Part shown: positions 1 to 9,610 of the stretch, in pieces
Layout: each line of letters begins with the position of its first letter
How positions within the stretch are numbered: the stretch's first letter is position 1
Source: Vezdaea acicularis
Lineage: Eukaryota
Length of the DNA stretch: 46,113 bases
Reading direction: 5' to 3'
NCBI GenBank assembly: GCA_026025075.1
Contig: JAPEUI010000124.1
Coordinates: 1-46,113 of the forward strand
Program-made: the position numbers and the translations under genes
The notes under the pieces: model-generated
What the model was told of the DNA's origin: nothing
Database searches by the model: none
Seen by the model: only the letters and a program-made list of their open reading frames with translations

Positions 1-2
1 CG

Positions 3-965
3 CGAAAGATGATGGACTGGGTGATTGAGAAGAACACGGAGGAGAAAGCGATAAGCCTGGTGCTCGAGTTTGCGGTTGGGAAGGTGCAAGATATAATACA
101 GCGCATGGTGAATGCCTCTTTTTTTTCATTTACCAGATACTTCTCCACATCGTCCCCTCCCTTCAGAAAGCCCTTCTAACGCAACCCCCCCCTCCCCTAG
201 ATCCAAGTCTACGAACCCGCCATCCTCATCGTCGGCACGCGCGGCAAGAGCCTCGGCGGGATCCAGGGCCTCCTCCCCGGCTCCGTCTCGAAGTACTGCC
301 TCCAACACTCGCCCGTCCCCGTCATCGTCGTACGCCCCAGCGAGAAACGCGAGAAGAAGCGCTCGAAGCGCCACCAAAAAGCCGCCACGCGCGGCAGCTA
401 CCTCGACATCCTCGAACGGTCCGGCGCGCGCGGCAGCCACGTCCTCGACCGCGCCAATCGCGACAGCATCGTCCCCGAAATGTCCATCGCCTCCGAACAA
501 GAAGCCCAGGCCGTCGCCGCCGCTATCGGGCTGCCCCCCGTCTATGAGAAGTTGGTCGGTGGAAACAGGATCTCCTCCTCCCGTCGTAGTTCCCTGCGCA
601 GCGATTCGGAGCTGCAGGAAGAACTGCAGTCGCCAACTGCTCCCGATGGCAGCGAGAGTCCCGGTGTTGTTATGAAGAGTCCTACCCTAGGCACCCTCGA
701 GAGCGAACCGCCCAGCGATGCTGAGCTTGAGAGCTCCGACGATGACGACGAGGATGATGAAGGGCGTGGTCGCGGTAGTGCTGCTTTTGAGGCTGTTCCT
801 GGCTCGCTGCTGCATACCCATGACGTTGCGACTGATGATGAAGCCGATGTGAAAAAGAAAGGGAGGGCGCAGCTTGAGAGTGGGATTGTGGCTAAGAGTC
901 AGGCGGTGGGTGATGATGATGAAGGTGGTGGTGACGGTGGCGGGGTTAAGTTGGATGTGGAGTGA
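3..965 (+). CDS. Universal stress protein (USP) domain protein, 5'-partial; exons <3-107, 201-965
   Basis: Spliced reading (intron 108-200, gtgaat...ctaac...ctag) gives LVLEFAVGKVQDIIQRM|IQVYEPAILIVGTRGKSLGGIQGLLPGSVSKYCLQHSPVPVIVVRP, the USP C-terminal G-x-R-G...GSVS...PVIVV motif, then an acidic low-complexity tail in frame with ORF 480..965. Confidence 0.85.
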
Positions 966-1866
966 ACTCCTGGCTGTTTATTTTTTTCTTTTTCTTTTTC
1001 TTTTAGAGGGGTGTCTGGTGATAGGGGAGGGGGGGGGGGGGATTATAAAGCACATCTATCGTCTCCATCCGCACTCTTACTAAATAAAGGTAGACGCGCC
1101 AAATCTCGAGCGTGAGAACCCCCCCGGCACGCTGAAATGTCCGTGTATAGTACTTGAAGGGTGCAGGAGGATTCTACATCGTCACTCCCAGTTCACCCCA
1201 CTGCCTCTATATCCCCCCCTGTCGATCCACCCGCGAGAATGCTCGCCTGCCCACCCGCCCTCATCTCTCTGGAGATCAGCACAGGAACCCCCTCCCCCCC
1301 AAAAAGCCCCTACCCCTCATCCCAAATCCCCATCTCCATCTGCATCCGCACCACCTTTCTCCAGTTCCTCCAGAAGGATAAGAACGGTAAACCCCCTTAC
1401 CCCCAGATCACCACATAAGCTGAATAGCACAACCAATCACCTGTCGACCACCCAAGAAAGAAAGGATGAGGCGAGGACGGGATAGAAAGGTTTCATCCTG
1501 CCAGCGCTGTGGGAGTTGTGGTCCCTTCCTTTTCTCCGCTGCGAAGGAGGGGGAAGGGGAGGGGTGCAGAAAGGGGAGTCGAGCGCGAGGAAATAGCGAG
1601 CGGGTAGGATGGTGGCGAGGGTATGATGGAGAAGAAGTGGTCTCGCGCGGGGAGACTGGAGGGGTGATGGATGCTGGGGTGCCGGTGTCTTTCTAAAAGA
1701 GAGGTGGGGGAGGCGAGAGTGGTTGTGGGGTTGAAAGGGTCTGTTGGTACGGTAAGGAGAGTGGAGATGGTGGAGCGGCTATGGTTTGGGTAGCGGAGTG
1801 AAGTTGAGAGATGGGTTGTTATTCCATGACAGGCTTCCCACCACTGCCTACCCCCTTTTTTTCTTC

Positions 1867-2607
1867 CTATGCGTCTACGACATCAAAACTAGTGCCACAC
1901 CCACAACTACTCTTCGCCCTGGGATTCCCCCTAACCACGAAATGCGAACCGATCAACTCCTCCGTATAATCGACTTCACTGCCCTTCAGCAGCTGGAGAC
2001 TGGGCTCATCCAGCACGACTCTGGCGCCGGTGCCGTCCGTCGCTTCGAATATGGTGTCGTCTGATGTGGAGATGGAGGCGGGGGAGGTGAGGCTCATGAG
2101 GTATTGGAAGCCGTGGCAGCCGCCGGATTCGACGGTTATGCGGAGGAGGGTGTTTGGCGGTGAGGGGGGGGTTGGTGATGGGGTGGTGGATGTAGATGGG
2201 GTGGAGGAGGTTTCTTGGAGGGTTTCTTGGGAGGCGATGGCGGCGAGGCGGGAGGACGCGCGGGCGGAGATGGAGATGCTCATTGCGGAGCCGGTTTCGT
2301 CGAGGCGTGGGTTGAGTATTGCGGTGCTGTAGGCTCGAGAGGACGGCGGGGATGGAGGATAGCGCGCCTGCTGGTAGCGTGTGGAGGCTCCACAATGTCT
2401 TGTTCGCTGCGATCTGGTGAAGGTTGACTGGAATGGTAGGAGGAAGACAGGTGGAAGGGCGGATGGTTCGACCGTTTTGGGGGCAGATCGAAATCGGCGC
2501 TGGGTTGTAGTCGCGACATTGCTACAGACTAAAGAGTTGAAGCCTCTCTTCACCACCAGCGCGTTAAGCCCAGAGCAACTTCGAGATAGCGAAGGGACCG
2601 TCGCCAT
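1867..2607 (-). CDS. ISA2: Mitochondrial iron-sulfur cluster assembly protein, IscA/HesB family (Isa2-like)
   Basis: LRITVESGGCHGFQY and C-terminal NPRAKSSCGCGTSF motifs with the three conserved Cys; Arg/Ser-rich N-terminus resembles a mitochondrial presequence. First in-frame ATG is at 2607 (ORF track starts at a GTG). Confidence 0.9.
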   Translation of the reverse strand: MATVPSLSRSCSGLNALVVKRGFNSLVCSNVATTTQRRFRSAPKTVEPSALPPVFLLPFQSTFTRSQRTRHCGASTRYQQARYPPSPPSSRAYSTAILNPRLDETGSAMSISISARASSRLAAIASQETLQETSSTPSTSTTPSPTPPSPPNTLLRITVESGGCHGFQYLMSLTSPASISTSDDTIFEATDGTGARVVLDEPSLQLLKGSEVDYTEELIGSHFVVRGNPRAKSSCGCGTSFDVVDA

Positions 2608-3244
2608 GATGTCGAAAGTTGCTGACGGTAATAGAGAACGATGGAAGAGAGAAAAGCCAGGTCCGTGACAAATGTTTAGAGTTGCCGAAGCGGAGCTGCG
2701 GGCTGACGCCACCGAGACGCTTTTTTCCAGGGACAGAGCAGGGTCGTTGATTGGATGTGCCGCGGCTGAAGAGCTGCGGATACGGGAATTGGAGCAGACC
2801 CCGGATGTCCGAGCGATGAGCTTTATATTAAGCCTATTGAAGGGCTTTATTTTGCATCGATTGTTTTGCTAAACTCGGGTCCTTGGAAGGTGGGGCAAAT
2901 CGCACTTTTGCATCTGAGATAGGTATCCGATGACGCCTTGAAGATCGTCGCAGTTTCTCAACTCGACAGTTTCTCAGCCTCCGCCTGTGTTTTATTCGTA
3001 GTCAATTGCTCTTGTCTCTATTGAAGTATATTTTGTAAGGGTCTTCCAATATACGTTTCGTTTCCTAGGAATAGGAGCCCCGCCACCCCCTCACTTCTGG
3101 CGTCTATCTGCTACCTTTCTGCCTACCTCTCTGCCATTCTATAAGCTCACCTATCTGAGGCCCTCGATTTCTTCTTATACTTAGCTCCATAAGTTTAGGT
3201 CTAGAAATTGACTCTAGACCTTGACCCGGCCCTCACTTCACGTC

Positions 3245-5017
3245 ATGGGGTCTCGCCAGCATCTACGGCAGATACAGCACGGCCCGCCACAGCACTATAC
3301 TGAGGACCATCGCGCATGGTCTCTCGAGTACGCCGAGAAATTAGATGCGCAGGATCCTTTGCGGAAGTTCAGAGATGAGTTCACATTCCCCACGAAGGCA
3401 TCCTTGAAGAGTGAAGTGTTGCCCGAGGAAGGTACGTCACTCCTTTCTAGGACTGTTCCCATATCCTTCGCGGGCCAACACTTCTCAATCGCCTGAAACA
3501 CAGAGCTGAGCTTGGCTATAGGGATAGAGGAAGAAGACAATGGCGAGAAATGCATATACCTTTGCGGCAACTCCCTGGGCCTCCCTCCTAAACGCACCTC
3601 TACATACATTGCCACACAACTTACAACATGGGCACGTAAAGGCGTCTATGGCCATTTCAACAGGCTAAAGAACTCGCCCCTGAGCCCATGGCTAGATATG
3701 GACACCGCGGCTTCAGAGGCTATGGCCCCTATTGTCGGCGCTCACCCGGATGAAGTCGCTGTAATGAACACCCTGACCATAAACCTCCATCTCCTTCTAG
3801 CATCCTTCTTTCGGCCGCAGGGCGCTCGTACCAAGATCTGTATCGAGCAGAAAGCCTTCCCCTCAGACCACTACGCCGTCCAATCCGTTCTCTCTACGCG
3901 CGGCCTCCCCAGCTCATCCCTCCTACTACTTCCCCCTTCACCTTCATCTTCACCCCTGATGACAACCGAGCACATAATCTCCTTTCTTAACGCACACGCC
4001 TCCGAGATTGCGCTCGTCTCTCTACCGGGCATCCAGTTCTACACTGGCGAGGCGCTAGACATCAAGGCCATAACTGCGCACGCGCATAACCTCGGTATCG
4101 TAGTAGGCTGGGATCTGGCGCATGCAGCCGGCAACATCCCCCTAGCACTCCACGACTGGGACGTTGACTTCGCCATGTGGTGCAGTTACAAGTACCTGAA
4201 CAGTGGTCCTGGCGGCATGGGCGCGATGTTCGTGCACGAGCGGCACGGAAAGGTCGACAAAGATCTCTTGGCCAAGCAGAGGCAAGCAGAGCTCCAGAAC
4301 GGAGTCACGAACGGAGCGAGCGAAGGAGGGCAGAGCGAGGCGGTACTGAAAAAGGAGGCCTTCGTGCCACGCCTTGCCGGCTGGTGGGGCGGCGAGAAAG
4401 AGTCTCGCTTCGAGATGGAGAACGTCTTCGTGCCCATAGCAGGGGCGCGCGGCTGGCAAGTCAGTAACCCGTCCGCCCTGGATCTCTGCAGCGTCATGGC
4501 CTCATTATCCGTCTTCGCAGACGCCGGCGGCGTCTCCAAACTACGCGAGAAGAGCGTGCAGCTCACCGGCTACCTCGAGCTGCTTTTGAAAAAGTATCCC
4601 CTGGATAAAGAGAAGAATGGGATCAAGGAGCCATGGCGCATCATCACGCCCCGCGAGGAGGCCTATCGGGGTGCGCAGCTGAGCTTGAGGCTCGAGGAAG
4701 GCTTGCTCGCGGGGGTCATGGAGGGCTTGGAAAAGAGGGGCGTGGTGGTTGATGAGCGGAGACCGGACGTCGTGAGAGTGGCGCCTGCGCCCCTTTATAA
4801 CAGTTATAAGGACTGCTGGAACTTTGTCCTCGCCTGGCGGGAGAGCGTTGATGAAGCGCTCAGGGCGAAGGAGGGTCGGAATGGAACTGTGGCGGCGAAA
4901 GTAGCGGATGAAAGTGGAGCAACGATCGAGGAGAAGAAGATGAATGGACATATTGGAAAGGAGGGTAGGTTGCTGGAAGGAGAGAGCGACAAGATTGTTA
5001 GTGGTGTAGAATATTGA
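3245..5017 (+). CDS. BNA5: Kynureninase (PLP-dependent, de novo NAD pathway); exons 3245-3431, 3522-5017
   Basis: Motifs LDAQDPLRKFRDEF, YLCGNSLGLPP, AFPSDHYA, GWDLAHAAGN, WCSYKYLNSGPG (PLP lysine), RLAGWWG, RVAPAPLYNS. Intron 3432-3521 (gtacgt...ctatag) joins ORFs 3221 and 3512 in frame. Confidence 0.95.
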
Positions 5018-5273
5018 GGGGGGGAATTGTAGGATTCGCAAGGCGTTAGGAGCAAGAATACGTGGATTGGCTGGAACTTGCCTGGACTATGACTAATTTT
5101 GATTAAGTTCGTATGCAATAAAATCAACGACGCCAGGAACTGGACGTCCACACTACCAGACTCGCTGAGACCATTGCAGCCCTTGCTAAGAATTCCATCG
5201 CCATCCCAATCCCTCGCCCAGACAGAGACTAAATCGTGGAGGAAAGGCCATGCAACGACCCAGCCTATCTGTG

Positions 5274-8200
5274 CTAACGGGTTTGCCGCTCTCCAAGTTT
5301 CGCCAACAATTCCTCATCCATTTCCCCCCGGCCAGCAGCAACAATGATCCTCCACGCCCGCCGGAACTCGTCTCGTATAGCCACGATCCCCTGATGAATC
5401 ACCGTCCTCGCAACATTATGGTCGATCTCGAACGGATCTTCGATAGCCATCAGATAGCGATGTCGCACTTCCCGCCGCCCTTCTCCGCCCTGCGACTCGG
5501 TGATGGTGGTCTTTGCGCCCGTCCAGCCCTTCGCTTGCTTCGATAGAAGGCCGCCTGGAGTTCTGATCGAGATGACGTCCGCGCCCCATGAGAAGCCGTG
5601 GCCGGGAACATGGGGGCCTTGGCGGGCGTAGTAGTCGAAGAAACCCCTCAGGAGTTCTCCGAGAGAGCTGCTGTTCTGCTGGGGCATGAGCTGGCCTTTG
5701 GATGCGAAGTCTTTGATCTGTTCTTCGTTACGCCAGAAGCGTACGTCGTAGCCGTCTACCTCCGTCTCTGTCTGATGCTCCGGCCGCCATGCTTGTTGTA
5801 AGTTAGGCAGTAGGGGAGGCTCGGCGATGTTCATCAAGAAATGTAGGACCATGAGCACATAGCCATACGAAGATAGAGTGCCTCGATACGATGAGTTGAT
5901 CTCGCGCTGTTTGGCCCAGGATTTGACAAAGAGAACCATTGGCCGAACTCGTGAATCGCAGTGACTGTAGCACCGAAGAAGCTGGGTATTCTGTAGAGCA
6001 AGCATGTTGGAGAAGTTGATGTCGCATTGGATACCTACACCTTCTTTTGGAAATTCTAGACGTGCATCGAATCGTGCTTTTGGAGGCTTAGGAGGCCTGG
6101 GGTCAGGTAGAAGCTTGAGCTGCTCCTCAGCTTGATATACTTCCTCCACGCTAGATAGAGCGCCGTATTGGCGAATGGCCGCTACGTAGGATTTGATGGT
6201 GTCGTTAGCCGCATCTTCATATTGGCCGCGTGCAACAGCTTTTTGGTAATCAAGAACTCTTTGTTCTGCAAGTAGCTGCGCGGTTGAAATTGCAAGAGAC
6301 TTATACGCTTGCCGTGATAAGAAATCTTGAACATTTGTCCTGCTCTCTTTATGATGAATCCCATCAGTGAATTTTGTCACTATGACATCCACGATATGCA
6401 ACTCGTTGGGGAACAGCGGCGGAGATAGCTCTGGTTTGAAGTCACGAACTCCAAAATCCCGTAATAATGCGAGTGCACGATCCTTATAGACTTCGGCGTT
6501 CTCGTCATTTCTCTGACGGAAGGTTTCCAGCTTTATGGATGGGAAACTCCGTAAGTGATTACAAGACCTCTGCAATATATGTTGATACGCATGAGCCGAC
6601 ATATGAGTCCTACTCTGCAAAGCTCTCCATTCGTTGATCGCAGCCTCGATCTGTTCTTCCTTATGGCTCTCTGGCTCGACAGTTGCTCTATCCTCAAAGG
6701 CAATAGCCAGGATTTCCCCTTCAGCTCGGATGAACACTGATCGGAGAGAGACCATCTGGTCTTGAACAGCAAGATCGAAGTTTAAGGATGGGCACGATAG
6801 GAGTCGCTCTTTCAGCTTCGCATCTGACAAGCCATGTAAGAATGCGCGACACGCTTTGGTCTGTAAGATTACGTTGGATGACTCGCTGCTCTGGCCCTGA
6901 TTAACGCTTGTGTTTTCACCGTCCAGCCTCTGCAAATGATTGTTCATTCGCCAGTAGTATCGCATCAATGGTTCTTCCTCCCCTTGCTTGAGAGATTCGA
7001 GGTCCGAGGCTACGCCATGATCTTTATTTTTGAGAGGTTCTGTGGGCTTTGGTGTGCCCTTGAATGCAGCTTCTTCGGCCCTTTTTTCTTGAGCGTCTGC
7101 AGCGCCTTCACGGATGGTGGAGGCGACCCATCTGGCCCTTTCGTCGCGCAACGCTTGCAGAAGCTCAGCTGATGGTTTCTCACAAAGTTTGATTATGGCC
7201 ACTCGGGTTTTAGTCAGAAGACGTGCTCCGTATCCTAAGTCGAGAAGTTTGTCCTCGAGCAAACGAGGTATGGGAGAGTCTCTTGAAGAAGCAGGCGGAT
7301 TGGATTTTGGAGAGAGTATTGCCAAATCCATGTCCGATGACTTCGTGGCAAATCCTGAGCTTAAGCTTCCGAAGCATCTCAAACTCACGCTCTCACGACT
7401 AACACCGCAAAGTGGATCTTGCTCAGTCTCAAAAATGTAGATAGCTTCTCTGCAAATTTGCTCCAGACAAGCTCGTAACGCCTCTTTCGAAGCTAGCTCC
7501 ACTGGACTAATTTCGACAGCATTGACCTCAACCTCAGCAAGTCGCTGTAAGAAACTCCCTTGTGAGAAGATTACTTCAGGGAGAAATTCATACTGCTGAT
7601 GCTGCCGTGGATCCATGACCCCATAAGATGTTGGGCCACTAGAATTCGGATTGAAAAGTCGTGGCTGCTGAATCTGAGCTCTTGGCCAATAGTCATTGGG
7701 GCCACGGCTTGCTGATACCCCTCGCTGTGGGTTATGGCGCTGGGGCTGAACGTCCCCCCTCTGACCACGATTTCTCCAGCCATGACTTTGATGGTCGAAA
7801 GTGCCTTCAACACTGTTATGCTGACTATGTCGAGGACCGTGGTTGCCGCGATGTGGGGATGCTTGAGAATAAGAATGGCGTTCTTGTTGCTTCGGCTCAT
7901 TTGCTAAGACTGGAATAATATTTTGGGCGCTTAGCTGTCTTCTTTGAGCTTGGTTCATTCTCTTGCGTGGATTGCTCGTTCCTCGAGTTGATTCATTTCC
8001 AGTTGATTGATCTTGCGAGTGCTTCTTTGCTGCTGCTGCGCTTCTCATCTTCTGCAAATACTCTTCTTGAGTTTCATGACTTGCAGCTTGCAAATGTGGA
8101 GGCAGCATTCTGAGCGAGATGGTTTCGGCAGCTACTTCTGGCTCTGGTCCCTTATCTATACTCTGCTTTGCGTTATTCAATATCATCCCTCGAAGTCGAT

Positions 8201-8672
8201 CTTCTAAGCCTCTCGACTCGCCTAAGGCTGGGAAGTCTTCAGTGACAGAAGCTGCCTCCAAGGAGGGAGTGCCCTTAATCTCATTAGAAGCACCCATTGT
8301 TGATGAAGTACTCATGGTAGGACTTTGGACATGGCTAGTACCCACAGACGGATTGGGGGGGAAGTCAGGGTCCTGTGAACCGTCTGTGCCAAAGAAAGCT
8401 ACGCCTTGCGAGTACTGAACGTTCATCGGTGGATAGAAACCGAGCCCCCCGCTTGGGTTTTGGTGATGGTCAAAGGGTCGATGACTATGCCACTGAGAAG
8501 CACCAAAGGTCGGGTCATAGTGAGATTGATATGGGTAATGTCCGGATACAGGTACAAAACTTGGAAATGTATGAGGATCGGGATGGGGGCCGATCGGTAC
8601 ATAAGCTTCGGTCCCTTGTTTTCGTTTCCAAGCTTCCAGGGCCTTATTAGGGGTATTAATGGTCTTGTCCAT
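5274..8672 (-). CDS. Cid1/CutA-family terminal uridylyl/nucleotidyltransferase (non-canonical PAP fold) with a large internal insert
   Basis: FGSLSSGFATKSSDMDL (GS...DxD), third Asp in QCDINF, NTQLLRCY, VKSWAKQREINSSYRGTLSSYGY, and PAP-associated motif AIEDPFEIDHNVAR. First ATG (MDKTIN) is at 8672; intronless. Confidence 0.92.
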   Translation of the reverse strand: MDKTINTPNKALEAWKRKQGTEAYVPIGPHPDPHTFPSFVPVSGHYPYQSHYDPTFGASQWHSHRPFDHHQNPSGGLGFYPPMNVQYSQGVAFFGTDGSQDPDFPPNPSVGTSHVQSPTMSTSSTMGASNEIKGTPSLEAASVTEDFPALGESRGLEDRLRGMILNNAKQSIDKGPEPEVAAETISLRMLPPHLQAASHETQEEYLQKMRSAAAAKKHSQDQSTGNESTRGTSNPRKRMNQAQRRQLSAQNIIPVLANEPKQQERHSYSQASPHRGNHGPRHSQHNSVEGTFDHQSHGWRNRGQRGDVQPQRHNPQRGVSASRGPNDYWPRAQIQQPRLFNPNSSGPTSYGVMDPRQHQQYEFLPEVIFSQGSFLQRLAEVEVNAVEISPVELASKEALRACLEQICREAIYIFETEQDPLCGVSRESVSLRCFGSLSSGFATKSSDMDLAILSPKSNPPASSRDSPIPRLLEDKLLDLGYGARLLTKTRVAIIKLCEKPSAELLQALRDERARWVASTIREGAADAQEKRAEEAAFKGTPKPTEPLKNKDHGVASDLESLKQGEEEPLMRYYWRMNNHLQRLDGENTSVNQGQSSESSNVILQTKACRAFLHGLSDAKLKERLLSCPSLNFDLAVQDQMVSLRSVFIRAEGEILAIAFEDRATVEPESHKEEQIEAAINEWRALQSRTHMSAHAYQHILQRSCNHLRSFPSIKLETFRQRNDENAEVYKDRALALLRDFGVRDFKPELSPPLFPNELHIVDVIVTKFTDGIHHKESRTNVQDFLSRQAYKSLAISTAQLLAEQRVLDYQKAVARGQYEDAANDTIKSYVAAIRQYGALSSVEEVYQAEEQLKLLPDPRPPKPPKARFDARLEFPKEGVGIQCDINFSNMLALQNTQLLRCYSHCDSRVRPMVLFVKSWAKQREINSSYRGTLSSYGYVLMVLHFLMNIAEPPLLPNLQQAWRPEHQTETEVDGYDVRFWRNEEQIKDFASKGQLMPQQNSSSLGELLRGFFDYYARQGPHVPGHGFSWGADVISIRTPGGLLSKQAKGWTGAKTTITESQGGEGRREVRHRYLMAIEDPFEIDHNVARTVIHQGIVAIRDEFRRAWRIIVAAGRGEMDEELLAKLGERQTR

Positions 8673-9610
8673 AATCAAGACTAAGAGTAACGCCAATGAT
8701 AGGAAGAACAACGGATGTTGGGAATTGCACAGAAATGGAGTAATTTGAAAAAGTCAATTGCGCTTTGCTGAAGCAAAGGTGGAATGTCTTGTTCTGTTTG
8801 GTCACAAGTACACAACACTAGGAAATGAGATGTTCAGGCGCTCGTGAAACTCCTAATATCTCATAACAGCCATAGGGTTTCTTCTCGAAGTGTTGGCTTC
8901 AAGTGCTCTAACTTTGGTGAAGAGAGTGCTAAATATGACGGTTTGAACATGGTAATAGATGAACTAGTTTGAGGGCACGAGGTTTCTTGTTCTGCCAAAA
9001 GACAAGGGCAGTCTGAGCTTCGGTCAATGTGAAGGTATAGAAAGTAGTCTCGTTACAAAGAAGTAGTTACATCATTGAGCTGAATTTGGCGGCCTCATAC
9101 CAACAGATGGTAATAGCAGGTCTCTATCTTTGAGAATTAAAGCATATGCCAAATGCACGTGCAGAAAAGTGGAATTCTGCGGCAGATCTGCTTCCTCGCT
9201 TCCTCCAACCAAATGGGTGAAGAGCCGCTGAATTGGAGTTCGGCAATGAGGCGCTCTGATTCGTTAAGTGACGAGGTAAGGCAGCAGAACAAAGCCAACA
9301 CTTTCTTCGCTCAGTGTTGTGTGCTATTACCTTTCCTTGCGCCAAACTAGAATCATCCACTCATTGACATTAATAACTAGGCCTCGCCAAGAACTCCTCC
9401 ATATCTTTCGATCATCACATAGCTTCTGTTGTGGCTCACTGTCCTTTCTACTTCTCTGCCAGCCCTCTCATAGGCATGCTTGTCAAGCTACTCTAATTGA
9501 GATCCCGAAAGGGTCGCGGATATAGCTGCGCAACTCATTGACACCGTGCATCTTCTCCTGCTCAAAGCTGAACTCATATCATCTTTTACGTGTGATCTAG
9601 CATCTTGACC

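Noticed and set aside
112..675. 187-aa Pro/Ser/Ala-rich ORF
   Set aside because: Starts inside the USP intron and is an off-frame shadow of the GC-rich USP exon.
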